Source: Blastocatellia bacterium (lineage in GTDB: Bacteria > Acidobacteriota > Blastocatellia > RBC074). Taken from it: a stretch of DNA of 64,000 bases. The notes under the pieces are model-generated. The model was not told the origin of the DNA and searched no databases. It saw only the letters and a list, made by a program, of their open reading frames with translations. Location of the stretch: the NCBI GenBank assembly GCA_035429885.1, contig DAOMFR010000019.1:67-64066 (forward strand). The letters run 5' to 3'. A program made the translations under genes and the position numbers. Shown one piece after another: positions 1 to 12,700 of the stretch (positions are counted from its first letter, which is position 1; the number at the start of each line of letters is the position of its first letter).

Positions 1-38
1 ATCAACTTGCGCCGGAGCATAAACGGGTTTTATTAGGA

Positions 39-650
39 ATGCTGGTTGAAGATGACCGATTGCAGCGTTCGGCTCGATTGGATTTTGCAGTAATTCAGCT
101 CAAACGATTGTGTGGTGAGCGAAATCTGGATTGGGACGCCATGGCCGAAGGCGAGCGGGAATCTTTCCTGGACAGTCTGATCCGCGAAAACGAATTGTAT
201 TCCACGCAAGTCGGCACGAATTCGTTGGCGATTGTCGCGCCGTGTCATCACTGTGGCCGCGACATGACGCCCAGCGATCTGTATCGCATTTATTTCGGCG
301 AACGTCCGCCCAGCGTCGAACGCACTGCGGCTATGTTGATGGTGATGGATATGGATACCGACGCGCATTTTCCGCTGGCGTCAGAACACGAAATTACGAT
401 TGGCCGTCTTGACCCGCATCGTGGCATCCGGCCCGATGTAGATCTGTCCAAGTACGATCCGGCTTCGCGCATTTCACGCCGCCACGCCAGAGTCACCACG
501 CGAGGTCATCAGTTTTTTATCGAAGACCTGGGCAGCGCCAACGGAACCGTCATCAATGGACGCACTCGGCTGAAACCACAAGAACCGTATCCGTTGGTCA
601 ACGGAGATGTCGTCAAAATCGGTGAAACTACTTTGAAATTTGTCGGCTAA
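39..650 (+). CDS. FHA domain-containing protein (5' end may lie beyond the window edge)
   Basis: The frame stays open from nt 3 to the left edge, so the Met at 39 may not be the true start. The C-terminal ~95 aa carry FHA hallmarks (ITIGR...SRRHARV...[19 protein letters not shown]...[13 protein letters not shown]). A CHHCG motif lies upstream. Confidence 0.8.
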   Translation: MLVEDDRLQRSARLDFAVIQLKRLCGERNLDWDAMAEGERESFLDSLIRENELYSTQVGTNSLAIVAPCHHCGRDMTPSDLYRIYFGERPPSVERTAAMLMVMDMDTDAHFPLASEHEITIGRLDPHRGIRPDVDLSKYDPASRISRRHARVTTRGHQFFIEDLGSANGTVINGRTRLKPQEPYPLVNGDVVKIGETTLKFVG

Positions 651-690
651 AACGCTGTATCCCGCCGCTTCTACTTGGTTTGGAAACTGA

Positions 691-2607
691 ATGAAACGTC
701 CAACGTTGCTTACACTGCAAGTCGCGATCCTGCTTTGCCTGGCTCTTTTTCCTGAAACGGCTCGACTGCAACCCAACACCATCGCCATCATCGGCGCGAC
801 CGTGATTGACGGAACGGGCGCTGAGCCCAAACGGGCAACCGTCGTCATCCGTGGCGAACGAATCGAGGGCGTGCTTGCTGCCGACGCCAAACCGCCAGAA
901 GGCGCTCGCATCATCAACGCCGAAGGCCAGACGTTGATGCCGGGCATTTTCGATCTTCACACGCACTTGCCTTATGCCAGCGGAGGCAGCGTGAGCGGCG
1001 ACTGGCCCAAACATCTGAAAGCGTATCTATATTGCGGCGTCACCTCGGTTGTGGATTTTGGGACGTACCCGGAAACCTTCGAACCGATGCGGCGGCTGAT
1101 CAAAACCGGCGTCATCGAAGCTCCACACATTAGCTTGGCCGTACGCATGACGACGCCGGGCGGCCATGGAGCCGAAGGCGGGCGCGGCGATTTCTTTTCG
1201 CTGGAAGTGACTACGGCCCGCGAAGCTCGCGCCGCAGTTCGCCGGATTCTTTCGTACAAGCCGGATGTCATCAAAGTGTTCACCGATGGTTGGCGGTACG
1301 GCGCTGCGCCGGATATGACCAGCATGAATGAAGACACGCTGACCGCATTGGTGGACGAAGCTCACAAAAACAACCTGGAAGTTCTGACCCATACTGTTTC
1401 GCTGGAGAAAGCCAAAATTGCTGCGCGGTCGAAAGTAGACGTGATCGCTCACGGGGTAGGGGACAAACCCGTGGACGAAGAGCTATTCAAATTGATGAAA
1501 GCCAGCGGAACGGCTTATGTGCCAACCTTGGCCGTCTATGAACCAAGAGCCAGAGACATTTTGACGCCGCTGCTCGACACAGTGCTGGAACCGGCGGTGA
1601 AAGCGGGCATCAATCCGCCGCTGATCGCTCCGCAAAATCCGCCGCTCAAACCCGCATCCGGTTCTGCTGAAAACGGAGACGCTCCACGTGTGCGCCGGTG
1701 GCAAGTTTTGCAAGCCAACACTGCCGCCTTGCGTCAGGCCGGAATCACCTTCGGGACGGGAACCGACGCCGGAGTGACCGGCACGCATCACGGATGGGCG
1801 ACCTTGCGCGAATTGGAATTGCTGGTGGCCGGAGGATTGACTCCGCTGGAAGCACTGACTGCTGCCACGGGCAACGCCGCCAAAGCCATCAAAGTGGACG
1901 CCGAACGCGGAACTATTGCGCCGGGCAAGTTGGCCGATCTGATTCTGGTGGCTGGCGCACCGCACAAAAACATCGCCGACATCGAAAAAAATAAGCGAGT
2001 GTTTTTGAGCGGCCGCGAACTGGATCGTGAAAAGATGGCGCGTGACATCGCGTCTACTTCGTTGACGCCGATTCCGGCAATCAAGGTGCAGGAATTGGTG
2101 GATGATTTTGAAGCTGCCAATGGCCGCAGCCGTTTGGATACGCTCTGGGTCAATTCGTCCGATTCCGGCGTGGACGCTTCCAAGATGATTTTTGGCAAAG
2201 TCGCGCGCGATGCTGGCAACCACGCCTTGTCCGTTTCGACGCGCATGAGTGAGAAAGATCGTCCGTTTGGACGCATTAACGTTCCACTGAGTAAAGGCGC
2301 GATGGAGCCGGTTGACGCCCGTGAATATCGCGGGGTCCGGTTTGATGTCCGTGGCGATGGCGATTACCGATTGGTCATCCCAGCTTACAATATCCGCAAC
2401 GCCTTCTCACATTTTTTTGCTTCGTTCAAAGCTTCGCCGCAATGGCAAACGGTCAATATAGATTTCGCTTCGCTGAAGCTGCCGGAAAACGCCAGAGTCC
2501 AGGCTCAATGGACTGGCGCGGATTTGCTGATGCTGAGCTTTGAAATTGCGCGACCGGCTGGCGCATTTGGTTGGATGGAACTGGACAATATCCGGTTTTA
2601 CAAGTAA
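691..2607 (+). CDS. Secreted amidohydrolase-family protein with a C-terminal CIA30-like/carbohydrate-binding-like module
   Basis: N-terminal signal peptide ([20 protein letters not shown]). Metal-dependent hydrolase motifs are present ([26 protein letters not shown]), consistent with COG1228-type amidohydrolases. The last ~170 aa (DDFE...[11 protein letters not shown]) resemble CIA30-type beta-sandwich domains. Confidence 0.8.
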   Translation: MKRPTLLTLQVAILLCLALFPETARLQPNTIAIIGATVIDGTGAEPKRATVVIRGERIEGVLAADAKPPEGARIINAEGQTLMPGIFDLHTHLPYASGGSVSGDWPKHLKAYLYCGVTSVVDFGTYPETFEPMRRLIKTGVIEAPHISLAVRMTTPGGHGAEGGRGDFFSLEVTTAREARAAVRRILSYKPDVIKVFTDGWRYGAAPDMTSMNEDTLTALVDEAHKNNLEVLTHTVSLEKAKIAARSKVDVIAHGVGDKPVDEELFKLMKASGTAYVPTLAVYEPRARDILTPLLDTVLEPAVKAGINPPLIAPQNPPLKPASGSAENGDAPRVRRWQVLQANTAALRQAGITFGTGTDAGVTGTHHGWATLRELELLVAGGLTPLEALTAATGNAAKAIKVDAERGTIAPGKLADLILVAGAPHKNIADIEKNKRVFLSGRELDREKMARDIASTSLTPIPAIKVQELVDDFEAANGRSRLDTLWVNSSDSGVDASKMIFGKVARDAGNHALSVSTRMSEKDRPFGRINVPLSKGAMEPVDAREYRGVRFDVRGDGDYRLVIPAYNIRNAFSHFFASFKASPQWQTVNIDFASLKLPENARVQAQWTGADLLMLSFEIARPAGAFGWMELDNIRFYK

Positions 2608-2657
2608 TCAGTTTCTATACGTTACGGCGAACTTAAACTTTTCCCTCTGGAGGTTCG

Positions 2658-4034
<1,377 letters not shown>

Positions 4035-4060
4035 AGGTCCTTTTGTCGAGCCTTCCTTTG

Positions 4061-4110
4061 GCAAAGAGCGTTGTTCATCACAAACAACGCTCTTTGCTCG
4101 TTTCTTCTTT
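4061..4110 (+). terminator. Rho-independent terminator after the M20 gene
   Basis: Perfect 15-bp inverted repeat GCAAAGAGCGTTGTT (4061-4075) / AACAACGCTCTTTGC (4083-4097) with a 7-nt loop, followed by T-rich TCGTTTCTTCTTTT. It lies between convergent genes. Confidence 0.75.
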
Positions 4111-4118
4111 TACTCCCG

Positions 4119-7100
4119 CTACATTTCAATTGGTCGCGAAACGCGAACGATACGCGCTTTAGCATCTTCCGGCGTGGTCCCGGGCAATTCCAACGGAAAC
4201 AGGTGATCCCACGGTTCCGACGTCAGTGAAGGGGAGATGTAGCTGAGTTCTTGTGCCTTGCTTGCTGTCTGCGATAGCGCAACGTTGATCGCAACTTCGG
4301 GCAATGCGTTCAGTGTCGTTGTTCCAAACTGAACCCAGTCAGTGGCAGACCGATGTTGTGCGGACACTTCCCAACTGTTTCCGGATTTCGTCAACACTAG
4401 GCGCACTGCGTATGGCGCGCTCACCTGCGCGCTGGGAATCGTTGTCTCTTGCACGACAGTTCCTCCGCTATTTTTCAGTTGCAAGGTCACGGAACCGTTT
4501 GCGTTATGCAACGCCGCAATGCTGACCAGTTTCGCACCGTTTGCAGATTGGTTCAGCGAAACACTGTAGCCGCCACTCGTCGTGAAGTTGGCTTTGATGG
4601 AGTTCAAGGTCACCGCCCATTGTCGGCCTCCATCCAGTTTTGCGCCAGAGTAATAATTGGCCTCACTCCGCAAATTGCCAAGCGCCTCCACGCGGTATTG
4701 CACTTCGATAATCCGTCCGCGTAGTTTCCAATCGTTGCCAATGCGGGTTTGCTCGTCCAACGGTTGGCAAATGCCCTGCGCGCCCAGCTTGTACAATCCT
4801 ACATACCGTTCCTGGTCACGGCGCCCGCGCATATCCCGAATCACCTGCGTCAGCACTAACCACCGCGAAAATTGATTAAACCCGGCAAGCGGAGGATCCG
4901 CCGGAAGCGTGGCCGGAACGCCATTGGTCAGTATTTCGACAAAGTTTGGATTGGAAGCGCTGCGACGCAATCTCAAGCTGTTGTAATCAAAATTCTGTCC
5001 GAATTCCGAAAAATCCGGCAGTAACTGCACCCAGTATGGATCGGTCGGTTTGCTTTCAAGAGCCGCGGGATTGCCATTGACGATCAAATTGCGCTTGAAA
5101 ACGAGCTTGGCGAAACTCCATTTATCTTCCAGATTCTTGGGCAATTCTGGAAACGAAAGCAGGCACGACGAAGCGACAAACAGCGGCGCGTCCGCGTCTG
5201 TATCGAAGGTGTGGCCAAGAGGCTGACTCACATTCATCTTGACCTTGCCGCCCGTCCAGGCATCGCCGGTCAGAATCGGATCAGGCCCGAATTCGGGAAG
5301 TTTTGCGCCTCCGGTGGGACTGTCCGCCTCTTGCATTTCAGCAACCAGCGTTTCCGCCAACCCGCCAACTTCGTACCAACTTTCGTTCAACACCACCAAC
5401 AGGCCCGGCAACCGAGCTTTGTTTGCCTCGGTTGTGCTGGCGGCTTCCGTCAACGGGACAACGAATTTTACCTGCGGCTTCGGCACTTCTTCTTGCCAGC
5501 GGCAATTGACCAGATACCGTTTCCAATTGTCGCGCGGATTTTGTGGATCAGTGGTTCCGGGCGAGGTCGCATTCCGGCTGGAATCGACAAACTCAGGAGC
5601 ATTTTTTTGCAGAATTTCCAGCAACCCCGAATACCGTGTGTTGGCGCGGACCGCAAAACGGTAATACAGCGCGCGACGATCCTGGGTTCGGTCGTCTTCA
5701 AACAGCAAAGGACTGTTGTCTAGCGTGCTCAGGCTGGCGCTCGTCAGCATGTAATCATCGTCGCCACGATCGCCGAATCCTTCCGCATCCCACAGAAACG
5801 CATTTGTTGCGGGGGAGTCGGTGTTAAGCGGCAATTTGTTGATTTCGGGTTGTTTATCATTGGTGCGTGCCGGAAATTCTCTTAAAGGACGCCCCTGCCA
5901 GCGCCAAAGCTGACGCCGTAACTCCACGGTTGCCACGTAATCAAACTTGTTGGCCGAACCAGCCGCGCCGCGATCCAGGTGGACAGTCAGCCGTCCGCCG
6001 ACCGCCACAGGACGGATGGCATTCCAAACTTCTTCAGGCGTAGGCAAATCGGTGGTCGCACCTTCCAGCAGCATCCGCAACGGCGAAAAAAGGTAGTAGG
6101 TATTTTCGAATTTCTGCCACGCGCCTTTGGTTGGCGGCGGCAGCTTATGAAACCGGCGCAGATTGTCATCGTCAAACCATTGCGCTTTCACCGGAACGTA
6201 AATGCGCAATTCCGCGACTTCGCCTTTGCCGATGGTCACCACTAACTTGCTGCCCGTCGCTGTGATTTCACTGACCTCGCCGTGCTTGCACAACACGGTT
6301 GTCGGCAGCGATTGCGCCAATCCTATGCCACCAGTCGCTTGCGGTGGCGGAATATCCACTTTCACAGTTTTCGCAACGGCTGCCGTTGGGCGCATCATCA
6401 CCAACTCGGCAACAAAAAAGTTTTCCGCCGCCGGATCGTCCAACGAAATGTCATCGCGATTGTCATCTGATGCCCGGCTGGGGTCTTTGGGCGCTTTGCG
6501 ATGGTAATCCGCCCAAACCTGCTTGCGTTTTTCTTCCGTAGGTTTGTCTGGCCCGGTTTCGGCGTCCTGATCTTTCGCCAGCCAACGGTTCCAGGTGGCC
6601 AGATCGGTCGCCGGTTTTCGCAATCCAAACGAAAATTCGGTTGGATTTGTTGTTTTGAGACTCGGCAGCAGTAGCAAGGGCAGATTCTGCGCTCCGGCGT
6701 TGACCACAGGGTCAGCACCTTTGAAGGTCATATCTTCGCTGGGGTCAGGCAGTGGAATGCCGCTGATGCTGGCGGGATTGAGCTTCAGTTCTCCCGCCAA
6801 TGGAAACACCTGGTCGGGAATCCTGGGCAATTGAATTCGTAATTTCCCAATTTGCCCAATTTCTCCGGCAACGCTGAATCGCGGTTTGCCCACGCGCACG
6901 CGGCGCAGGTATTTCACGCGACGAACCGGCGAAGACACGGCCGACGAAAAGTCCGGCTGGAAAGTTTCAGTCCAGTCTCGCAGTTTGGCGGGATGGCCGT
7001 CGCTGAGTTCTTTCGGCAACGCGCCGCTGTTGCCGATGACAAATGCCGCCAGTTCATACGTCTGGCCGAATTTCAGCGGTGGCAACTTCGCCCAGTTGGT

Positions 7101-9761
7101 ATTTTTGTTTGCCGGTGTGTATTCGATTCTGCCGGCAATGTCGTCGCCCAACTGATTTTCCAGACTGACCCCGCCGGACAATTTCGCCGCCGGGCTTTTG
7201 GCAATCAGCGGGTTGTCGTTGTAAGTAAGCAGCGCCTGCCGCAAATCGTTTTGATACGTCATGCGATACGGAGCCAAGGCTTTCGGGAACACAAGTTTCA
7301 ATCGTTCGTCCAGATCAGAAGTCGCTGTTTCGGCGCGCAGTTCCGCCATGTTCAAACAGCGCCACGGAGCCTGCCCCGTCGTCTGGCTTTGCCGCATCAA
7401 CAAGCCAATCCCGGCAATGCGCCGCAAAAAGTCCTGTGCGTCATCGTCGTTCCCTTCGGCGAATTTGGCCAAACGATCTACCTGAATTGTCACGCCCTGG
7501 GAAATTTCCGTCGGCGAGCTATCGCCTTCTTCGGTTGGATTGTCCAGCATCGGCAGCAGCAACGGTGCAAATCCCTCAGCAAACGCATCCAGACTGGTGT
7601 TCATCCAGGTTTCAATTGTTGTTTTCACTGGCGGCACCGGCACCGCCCCAGATGGCAGCGGCAGGTAATCAGCGTATTCCGCAATGCCGCTGATTCGCTT
7701 GCTGAAATAATCTTTGAGTTTCTGTTTCAGGTTGTCCGTCAACTGTTTGAACTCGTTCCCAGCGGAATGCTTGATGTTGATCAAATCGCTCCAAATACGG
7801 CCGATGTTTCCTGACGCCAGTCGCTGGCGAAGCTGGATCGCAGGCAGAATGCTGTCTTTAAGCGAAGTCGAAAATCGGCTGTAGAACGTTTGCGCCTTGT
7901 TGAAACTCCATCTATCCCAGTCGCTGATGGCAGCAGCAATTTTGTCCGCGGGCGCAACCAACACCGAAGGCTGCGTGAAGCTCAACGGGCCGACGCCAAC
8001 ATTCAGATCAACCACGATGGCAGCGGCATCAAGTTTGGATGTTGTCGCCACCTGCACGTCACTTGCGCCAATTGGCTGCCAAACATTGGCGCCTGTGCCG
8101 AATTGCGCTGTGACAAACCATGACTTTTCAGCTTGCCGCGCGATTTTCAGGCGCAAATGATGATCGGAAGAAATAGGAAATTCGGCCTGTGCCTTTTCAA
8201 TCTCGCTGGCATCAAGCAAGCGAATTTTCAGAGTGTCCGCATTGCGGGAAACTTCAAGCGCGATCTGGCTGGCCGGACTGAGTTTTGGATCCGTCACGCG
8301 GAAGAAGTATTTATCTCCTGAAACCAGTCTAGCGGAATTCAGGTTGGCCAGGGTCAACACCCATGCTCGCCCGTCATTCAAGCCGAGCAATCCGGTGTCG
8401 CCTTTGCCCGGACGAAGGCTTTGGAAGTAACTGGCTTGGGCCGAAGTGATGGTAGTTTTTGTCACGGAGCCGGTTTTGTTCGCAGCCAGATTCCATTGCG
8501 TCAACAAAAAATTTCGCAGGTTGTTTTCATCGGCCAGGGCGCTTTGAATCGCCTCCAATTCCCCCAACTCATCATCCAACCGGTCGCGTCGCCGAAACTC
8601 GGCAGGCTGGCGGATTGCGGCGGTGGCTTTGACTGCCGGGATGCTTTCCACCAGCTTTCGCCAGTCTTCATATGTTTGAGTTCGGTTGTAAAACTCCAGC
8701 GCTCCGCGCATTGAAAGCCGAAACGATTCCATCAAGCCATTGCTTTCCAATCCGACATCACGACAACTGGACAACAGATAACCGGCCACGTCCGCGCCAT
8801 CTGCGCCAGGCTGCACGCCGGTTCCGGCCAGATCACGTGTCGTCGCAACTACAGACTGGCGGAAAAACCTCAACACGGACATGTAAGCCTGATCGTCGAA
8901 ATTGGCCGGATTGCTGATCGCGCCGATATTTTTGCGAAATGCGTCAATTTGCCGCTGCGCCAGGTCGAAAATACCGGCAATCTTGCTTTCCAGCCGCACA
9001 GTCCAATCAGAGCCAAACCATTGCTGTTGCCCGGATTCAAAACTGTTCTTGATCCAGTAACTGCCGAAATCAATGTAGCTGGTAGCAGAGGGATCTGGCG
9101 TCAAAACGACTTTCCACGGCACAACGTACGCCTGCACGCTGTGCGTGCCCGGTTCATAACCCCAAATGTTGATGTCGGTGACCCCGGATCGGGAAATTGT
9201 GCTGCTGGGGCCGGTGGCTTTCGGAACGATGTCGCCCAGAGTTTCGCCTTTGAATTCCGGAACCGCCAAAATGGAATCGCCAGCGGTCAGCAGCGCCGCC
9301 GGCAATTTGAAACATAGCGACAGATTCAATTGCTGGGGCGCAGGTGCAGGCAATGTGGAAACATATCCCAGCAAGTTGCGGAAATAACGGCGGCTTTCCT
9401 GTTCTTCCTCAACGCCCACTGTCGGACGCCAGACAAAGGCTTCGCTGCCGTCCGCAGGATTTGCCCAGATGTCCTTGGCTTCATCCAGAATGGCGTTTTT
9501 GATTGGCGCGCCATCAAACTCACCGTCGTTGACGGGATAACTGACAACATTGGCCAGTTCCAGCGTGGCAGAGTTCTTTCGCCAAATGTGAATGCGTTCC
9601 ACATTTCCCCACAACCAGGGCATTAACAAGCTCAAGGCCTCGGCCTGCGTTCCAGCCAGTTGATCGAACGATGCCGACAGATTCAACCCGAAATATGCCT
9701 GATCCGTTTCATACGCCGGCCATAGCCGCTCCAGATGACAAATGATCGCTACGTTAGCCAT
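4119..9761 (-). CDS. Giant hypothetical protein, 1880 aa, no recognised domain
   Basis: Uninterrupted 5.6-kb ORF. SD-like AAGGAAGG sits about 6-8 nt upstream of the ATG at 9761. The gene starts 36 nt after the stop of the upstream 2179-aa ORF. By eye there is no signal peptide, TM segment, Walker A, HExxH or adhesin-type tandem repeat. Confidence 0.85.
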   Translation of the reverse strand: MANVAIICHLERLWPAYETDQAYFGLNLSASFDQLAGTQAEALSLLMPWLWGNVERIHIWRKNSATLELANVVSYPVNDGEFDGAPIKNAILDEAKDIWANPADGSEAFVWRPTVGVEEEQESRRYFRNLLGYVSTLPAPAPQQLNLSLCFKLPAALLTAGDSILAVPEFKGETLGDIVPKATGPSSTISRSGVTDINIWGYEPGTHSVQAYVVPWKVVLTPDPSATSYIDFGSYWIKNSFESGQQQWFGSDWTVRLESKIAGIFDLAQRQIDAFRKNIGAISNPANFDDQAYMSVLRFFRQSVVATTRDLAGTGVQPGADGADVAGYLLSSCRDVGLESNGLMESFRLSMRGALEFYNRTQTYEDWRKLVESIPAVKATAAIRQPAEFRRRDRLDDELGELEAIQSALADENNLRNFLLTQWNLAANKTGSVTKTTITSAQASYFQSLRPGKGDTGLLGLNDGRAWVLTLANLNSARLVSGDKYFFRVTDPKLSPASQIALEVSRNADTLKIRLLDASEIEKAQAEFPISSDHHLRLKIARQAEKSWFVTAQFGTGANVWQPIGASDVQVATTSKLDAAAIVVDLNVGVGPLSFTQPSVLVAPADKIAAAISDWDRWSFNKAQTFYSRFSTSLKDSILPAIQLRQRLASGNIGRIWSDLINIKHSAGNEFKQLTDNLKQKLKDYFSKRISGIAEYADYLPLPSGAVPVPPVKTTIETWMNTSLDAFAEGFAPLLLPMLDNPTEEGDSSPTEISQGVTIQVDRLAKFAEGNDDDAQDFLRRIAGIGLLMRQSQTTGQAPWRCLNMAELRAETATSDLDERLKLVFPKALAPYRMTYQNDLRQALLTYNDNPLIAKSPAAKLSGGVSLENQLGDDIAGRIEYTPANKNTNWAKLPPLKFGQTYELAAFVIGNSGALPKELSDGHPAKLRDWTETFQPDFSSAVSSPVRRVKYLRRVRVGKPRFSVAGEIGQIGKLRIQLPRIPDQVFPLAGELKLNPASISGIPLPDPSEDMTFKGADPVVNAGAQNLPLLLLPSLKTTNPTEFSFGLRKPATDLATWNRWLAKDQDAETGPDKPTEEKRKQVWADYHRKAPKDPSRASDDNRDDISLDDPAAENFFVAELVMMRPTAAVAKTVKVDIPPPQATGGIGLAQSLPTTVLCKHGEVSEITATGSKLVVTIGKGEVAELRIYVPVKAQWFDDDNLRRFHKLPPPTKGAWQKFENTYYLFSPLRMLLEGATTDLPTPEEVWNAIRPVAVGGRLTVHLDRGAAGSANKFDYVATVELRRQLWRWQGRPLREFPARTNDKQPEINKLPLNTDSPATNAFLWDAEGFGDRGDDDYMLTSASLSTLDNSPLLFEDDRTQDRRALYYRFAVRANTRYSGLLEILQKNAPEFVDSSRNATSPGTTDPQNPRDNWKRYLVNCRWQEEVPKPQVKFVVPLTEAASTTEANKARLPGLLVVLNESWYEVGGLAETLVAEMQEADSPTGGAKLPEFGPDPILTGDAWTGGKVKMNVSQPLGHTFDTDADAPLFVASSCLLSFPELPKNLEDKWSFAKLVFKRNLIVNGNPAALESKPTDPYWVQLLPDFSEFGQNFDYNSLRLRRSASNPNFVEILTNGVPATLPADPPLAGFNQFSRWLVLTQVIRDMRGRRDQERYVGLYKLGAQGICQPLDEQTRIGNDWKLRGRIIEVQYRVEALGNLRSEANYYSGAKLDGGRQWAVTLNSIKANFTTSGGYSVSLNQSANGAKLVSIAALHNANGSVTLQLKNSGGTVVQETTIPSAQVSAPYAVRLVLTKSGNSWEVSAQHRSATDWVQFGTTTLNALPEVAINVALSQTASKAQELSYISPSLTSEPWDHLFPLELPGTTPEDAKARIVRVSRPIEM

Positions 9762-9797
9762 TTGTGTCCTTCCTTTCTGCTGAGAGTTGATGTTTCT

Positions 9798-12700
9798 CTA
9801 TTCGAACATTGCCAAGTATTCAGCCGCAGCCAGATCAAATTCATCTCCGGCAGCCGCCAATTCCAACGCAAAGGAACTGGCGATTGCCGCCTGGGAACCT
9901 GAGCCTGAGCCTTTCTTGAACGTGTAGGTGACTGTTTTGCTGAATTTGAACGTGAAGCACCAGCAAATCTTGATGCGCACTTTCAACGTGCCGCGCCCGA
10001 CTAGCGATCCGTCGCTGCTGTATTGAGCTTCGAGCAACAGCGAAATCGAAACCGAGACAATGCTGAGCACTTCGACTTCGCCTTTCAGCAAAAGCATCAG
10101 CGTGATGGCAAACGCCGAGCCGCCGCCTGTGTCAATGTGAAAATCGGCGTAGATGCCGAAGGTGATCGAAACTGAGCCTTTGATTGGCCCCAGCGCAATT
10201 GCCAAAGACGCGCTGGCGGTAATGCCGATGGTGATGTCACCCAGCAAACGATTATTCAACGGGTAATAGGTCAGGCGCGTATCGAACCAACCGCCACCGC
10301 CCAGAATGAAAATCGTCAGGGTGAACGGGTCTTCTTTCTTGCCGAATGAAAGCGCGACGCCAAGCGCGAATTCGATGCCGGTCGAAACCGGGCGCAGCAA
10401 CAAGCGGAATCCAGCGCCCATGACCAAACCGCTGATGCCAAACGCGCCAAGCTGCACGGGCGGCAGCGGCAGGTCAATCACGGTTTCAACACCAGCCGGT
10501 TTTCCATCAATGATGATCAACCGAATCGGCGGCAAATCGTCGCCACTTGAAGGCAGGAATTTCTTCAACAGATCGGTCAGGAATTGCAGCGCGCCTGCCA
10601 TTTCGATCTTGTCGGTTGAAATGTCGAAGCGAATCTTGCCCTGGTCATTGAACGTCAGCGTCGTTTCGCGGAATGTGACCACGGACGTGCCCAGGATAAT
10701 CAGTTCCCAGTCGCCTTTGATCTGGCCCTGGACTTTCAGCCGCGGGGCGCTTCCCAATTCGGCGGTAATCATCGCTTCGGAGGTAAAGGTGGCTTTGGCC
10801 AGCTTCAACTCAACGGGACCGAAGGAAAAGATCGTTGCCTTGTCTGTCAGCGGAACGTTAATCGTCGCTTTCACCCATGCGCGTCGCGCTTGCGTGTCAA
10901 CGCCGTGGGTGACTTTGACATTTTCGCCGTTGCCGATGCCCGGCAGTTTGGGCAGGAGCGGAAACTTTAATCCCGAAAACAGTTTTTCAAGCTTCAACCC
11001 CGCAAAGTCCGGAAACAGATTGGAGAAGTCGAAATTTTCCAGCGCGTCTGGCACAACGCGATCAAGCAGGTTCGCGACCGGGAATCGCAACCCGAATCCT
11101 TTCAGATCATCTCCCAGCCGGTTGAACAATGCCGTCACTGGCGTCAAGTCTACGTGGCGCTTTAGTTCGTCAAAGTAATACGCCAGCCGCAACCGGTTGA
11201 AATCCAGCATCGGAACGCGCGGCGCATCGCCGAATGCGCGCAACAACCGCAGGGTCGTGTCGCCGATTTGATGAAGCGTTTCGTCCGCCAAACCGGCGAA
11301 TTCGCCCAACGCCTGATTGACCCGGTCAGCAAACGGAGCCAGCCGGAAGCGTATGTCATCAAACACACGCTCTATATCGCCGCGTAATTCGGCAAACGGC
11401 TTGCCAATGCTGGCAGTCAGTTGTGCTTTGAGCTTTTCAAGAAAATGGTCAGCAACATTGCCGCCGCCAAGCAGATTGTTCAGCACGTTGCCGAACTCGC
11501 TGGCTTCATCCAGCAATTTGGCGACCAGCACATTGCAGGTGATTTCGCGGACCTTGGCTTTCGCATCCACAATAGCCTGCCTGAAATCCGATTCCGCCTG
11601 GTTCACCACATCGCTCACGGCTTGACGCAATGCCGCTGGCGTTGCCTGCGCCTGATTGACGGCTGCAACCAGCTTTGCTTGTATCCCTTTTATAACCTGG
11701 CGAGGCTTGTTGACTTCGGCTTGCGCCTGCGACAGCGCAGCTTGAATTTCCGTGCGAAGATTCTTCAGGTCGTTTTCGAGCTGTACGAACGCGGTGGAGA
11801 GATTGCTTCTGAACGCTTCCAGTTCCGTCTTAACATTGGTCGCGCCTTGTTGCAGTTTTTTGTCAATTTCGCCCAGTTGAACGTCAATTTTCTGGCCGAG
11901 CGAAGCAATGTTGGAGCGGACTTTTTCGATCAACCCTGCCAGCTTGGTTTCTGTCCCGCTGCGAGCGGCGCTTTCCAATTTTCGCAGCAAGGCTTGCAGC
12001 CTGCGGCGCAGCTCTTCGATTTCCTGACGGGCGCGCGCCGAACCTTCTGTTGTCAGCTTGTCAGCAATGTTGATGACGGCATTAATTTCGCGTTCGGCCT
12101 GCGTTTTGAAATCGAGCGCAGCCTGATAGCCGGTTTCGGCCTGTCGCATCAATTCTTCCAGGCCGGTATTGACGATCGTGAAAAGGTCTTCGATACGGCG
12201 GCCATATTCATTGATGGCGCCTATGACATTGTCTTTTAGATTGCCGGTTGCCTGGCTCAGCCTGTCAATGGATTTATGTAAATCCGCTTCGATGTCGGCG
12301 AACAATTTGATGACGCGATCCTGGGCAAAATCAATTGCCGCATCGGTGGCGTTGTTGAGTACACCGCACAGCACATTCTGGCCGCGAAACAGGTCGGAGA
12401 GTTTTTTGTCGCCGACGGTTTGGTTGATCAGCGCGTTGAAATTTCCCTTCAAGCCATCTGACGAATTGTGTTTGGCAATCAGTTCATCAATCGTCTTCGT
12501 TAGTTCGGTGACCGCCGCCTGTGTCACGTTGCCGTCTTTGGGCAGTTTCGACAGGATAGTTTGCAGAATTTCTTCGGTTTGTTCGGTGATGCGTTTGAGT
12601 TTCGCCACGCCTTCACGCGCCGCAATGACTCCATTACGCTGCGCGCCTTCAGTAAATTCCTCGACAGTGCGCAGGCGAGCGCGCACCATCGTCACGTTCC

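Noticed and set aside
6852-7814. A 320-aa plus-strand ORF, with similar ones at 10306-11178, 11421-12239, 12169-12792, 12561-13265 and 15048-15776, lying antisense to the giant genes
   Set aside because: They sit wholly inside much longer minus-strand ORFs. Their composition is Arg/Gln/Phe-rich and low-complexity, typical of antisense shadow frames. They carry no recognisable motifs or SD sequences.
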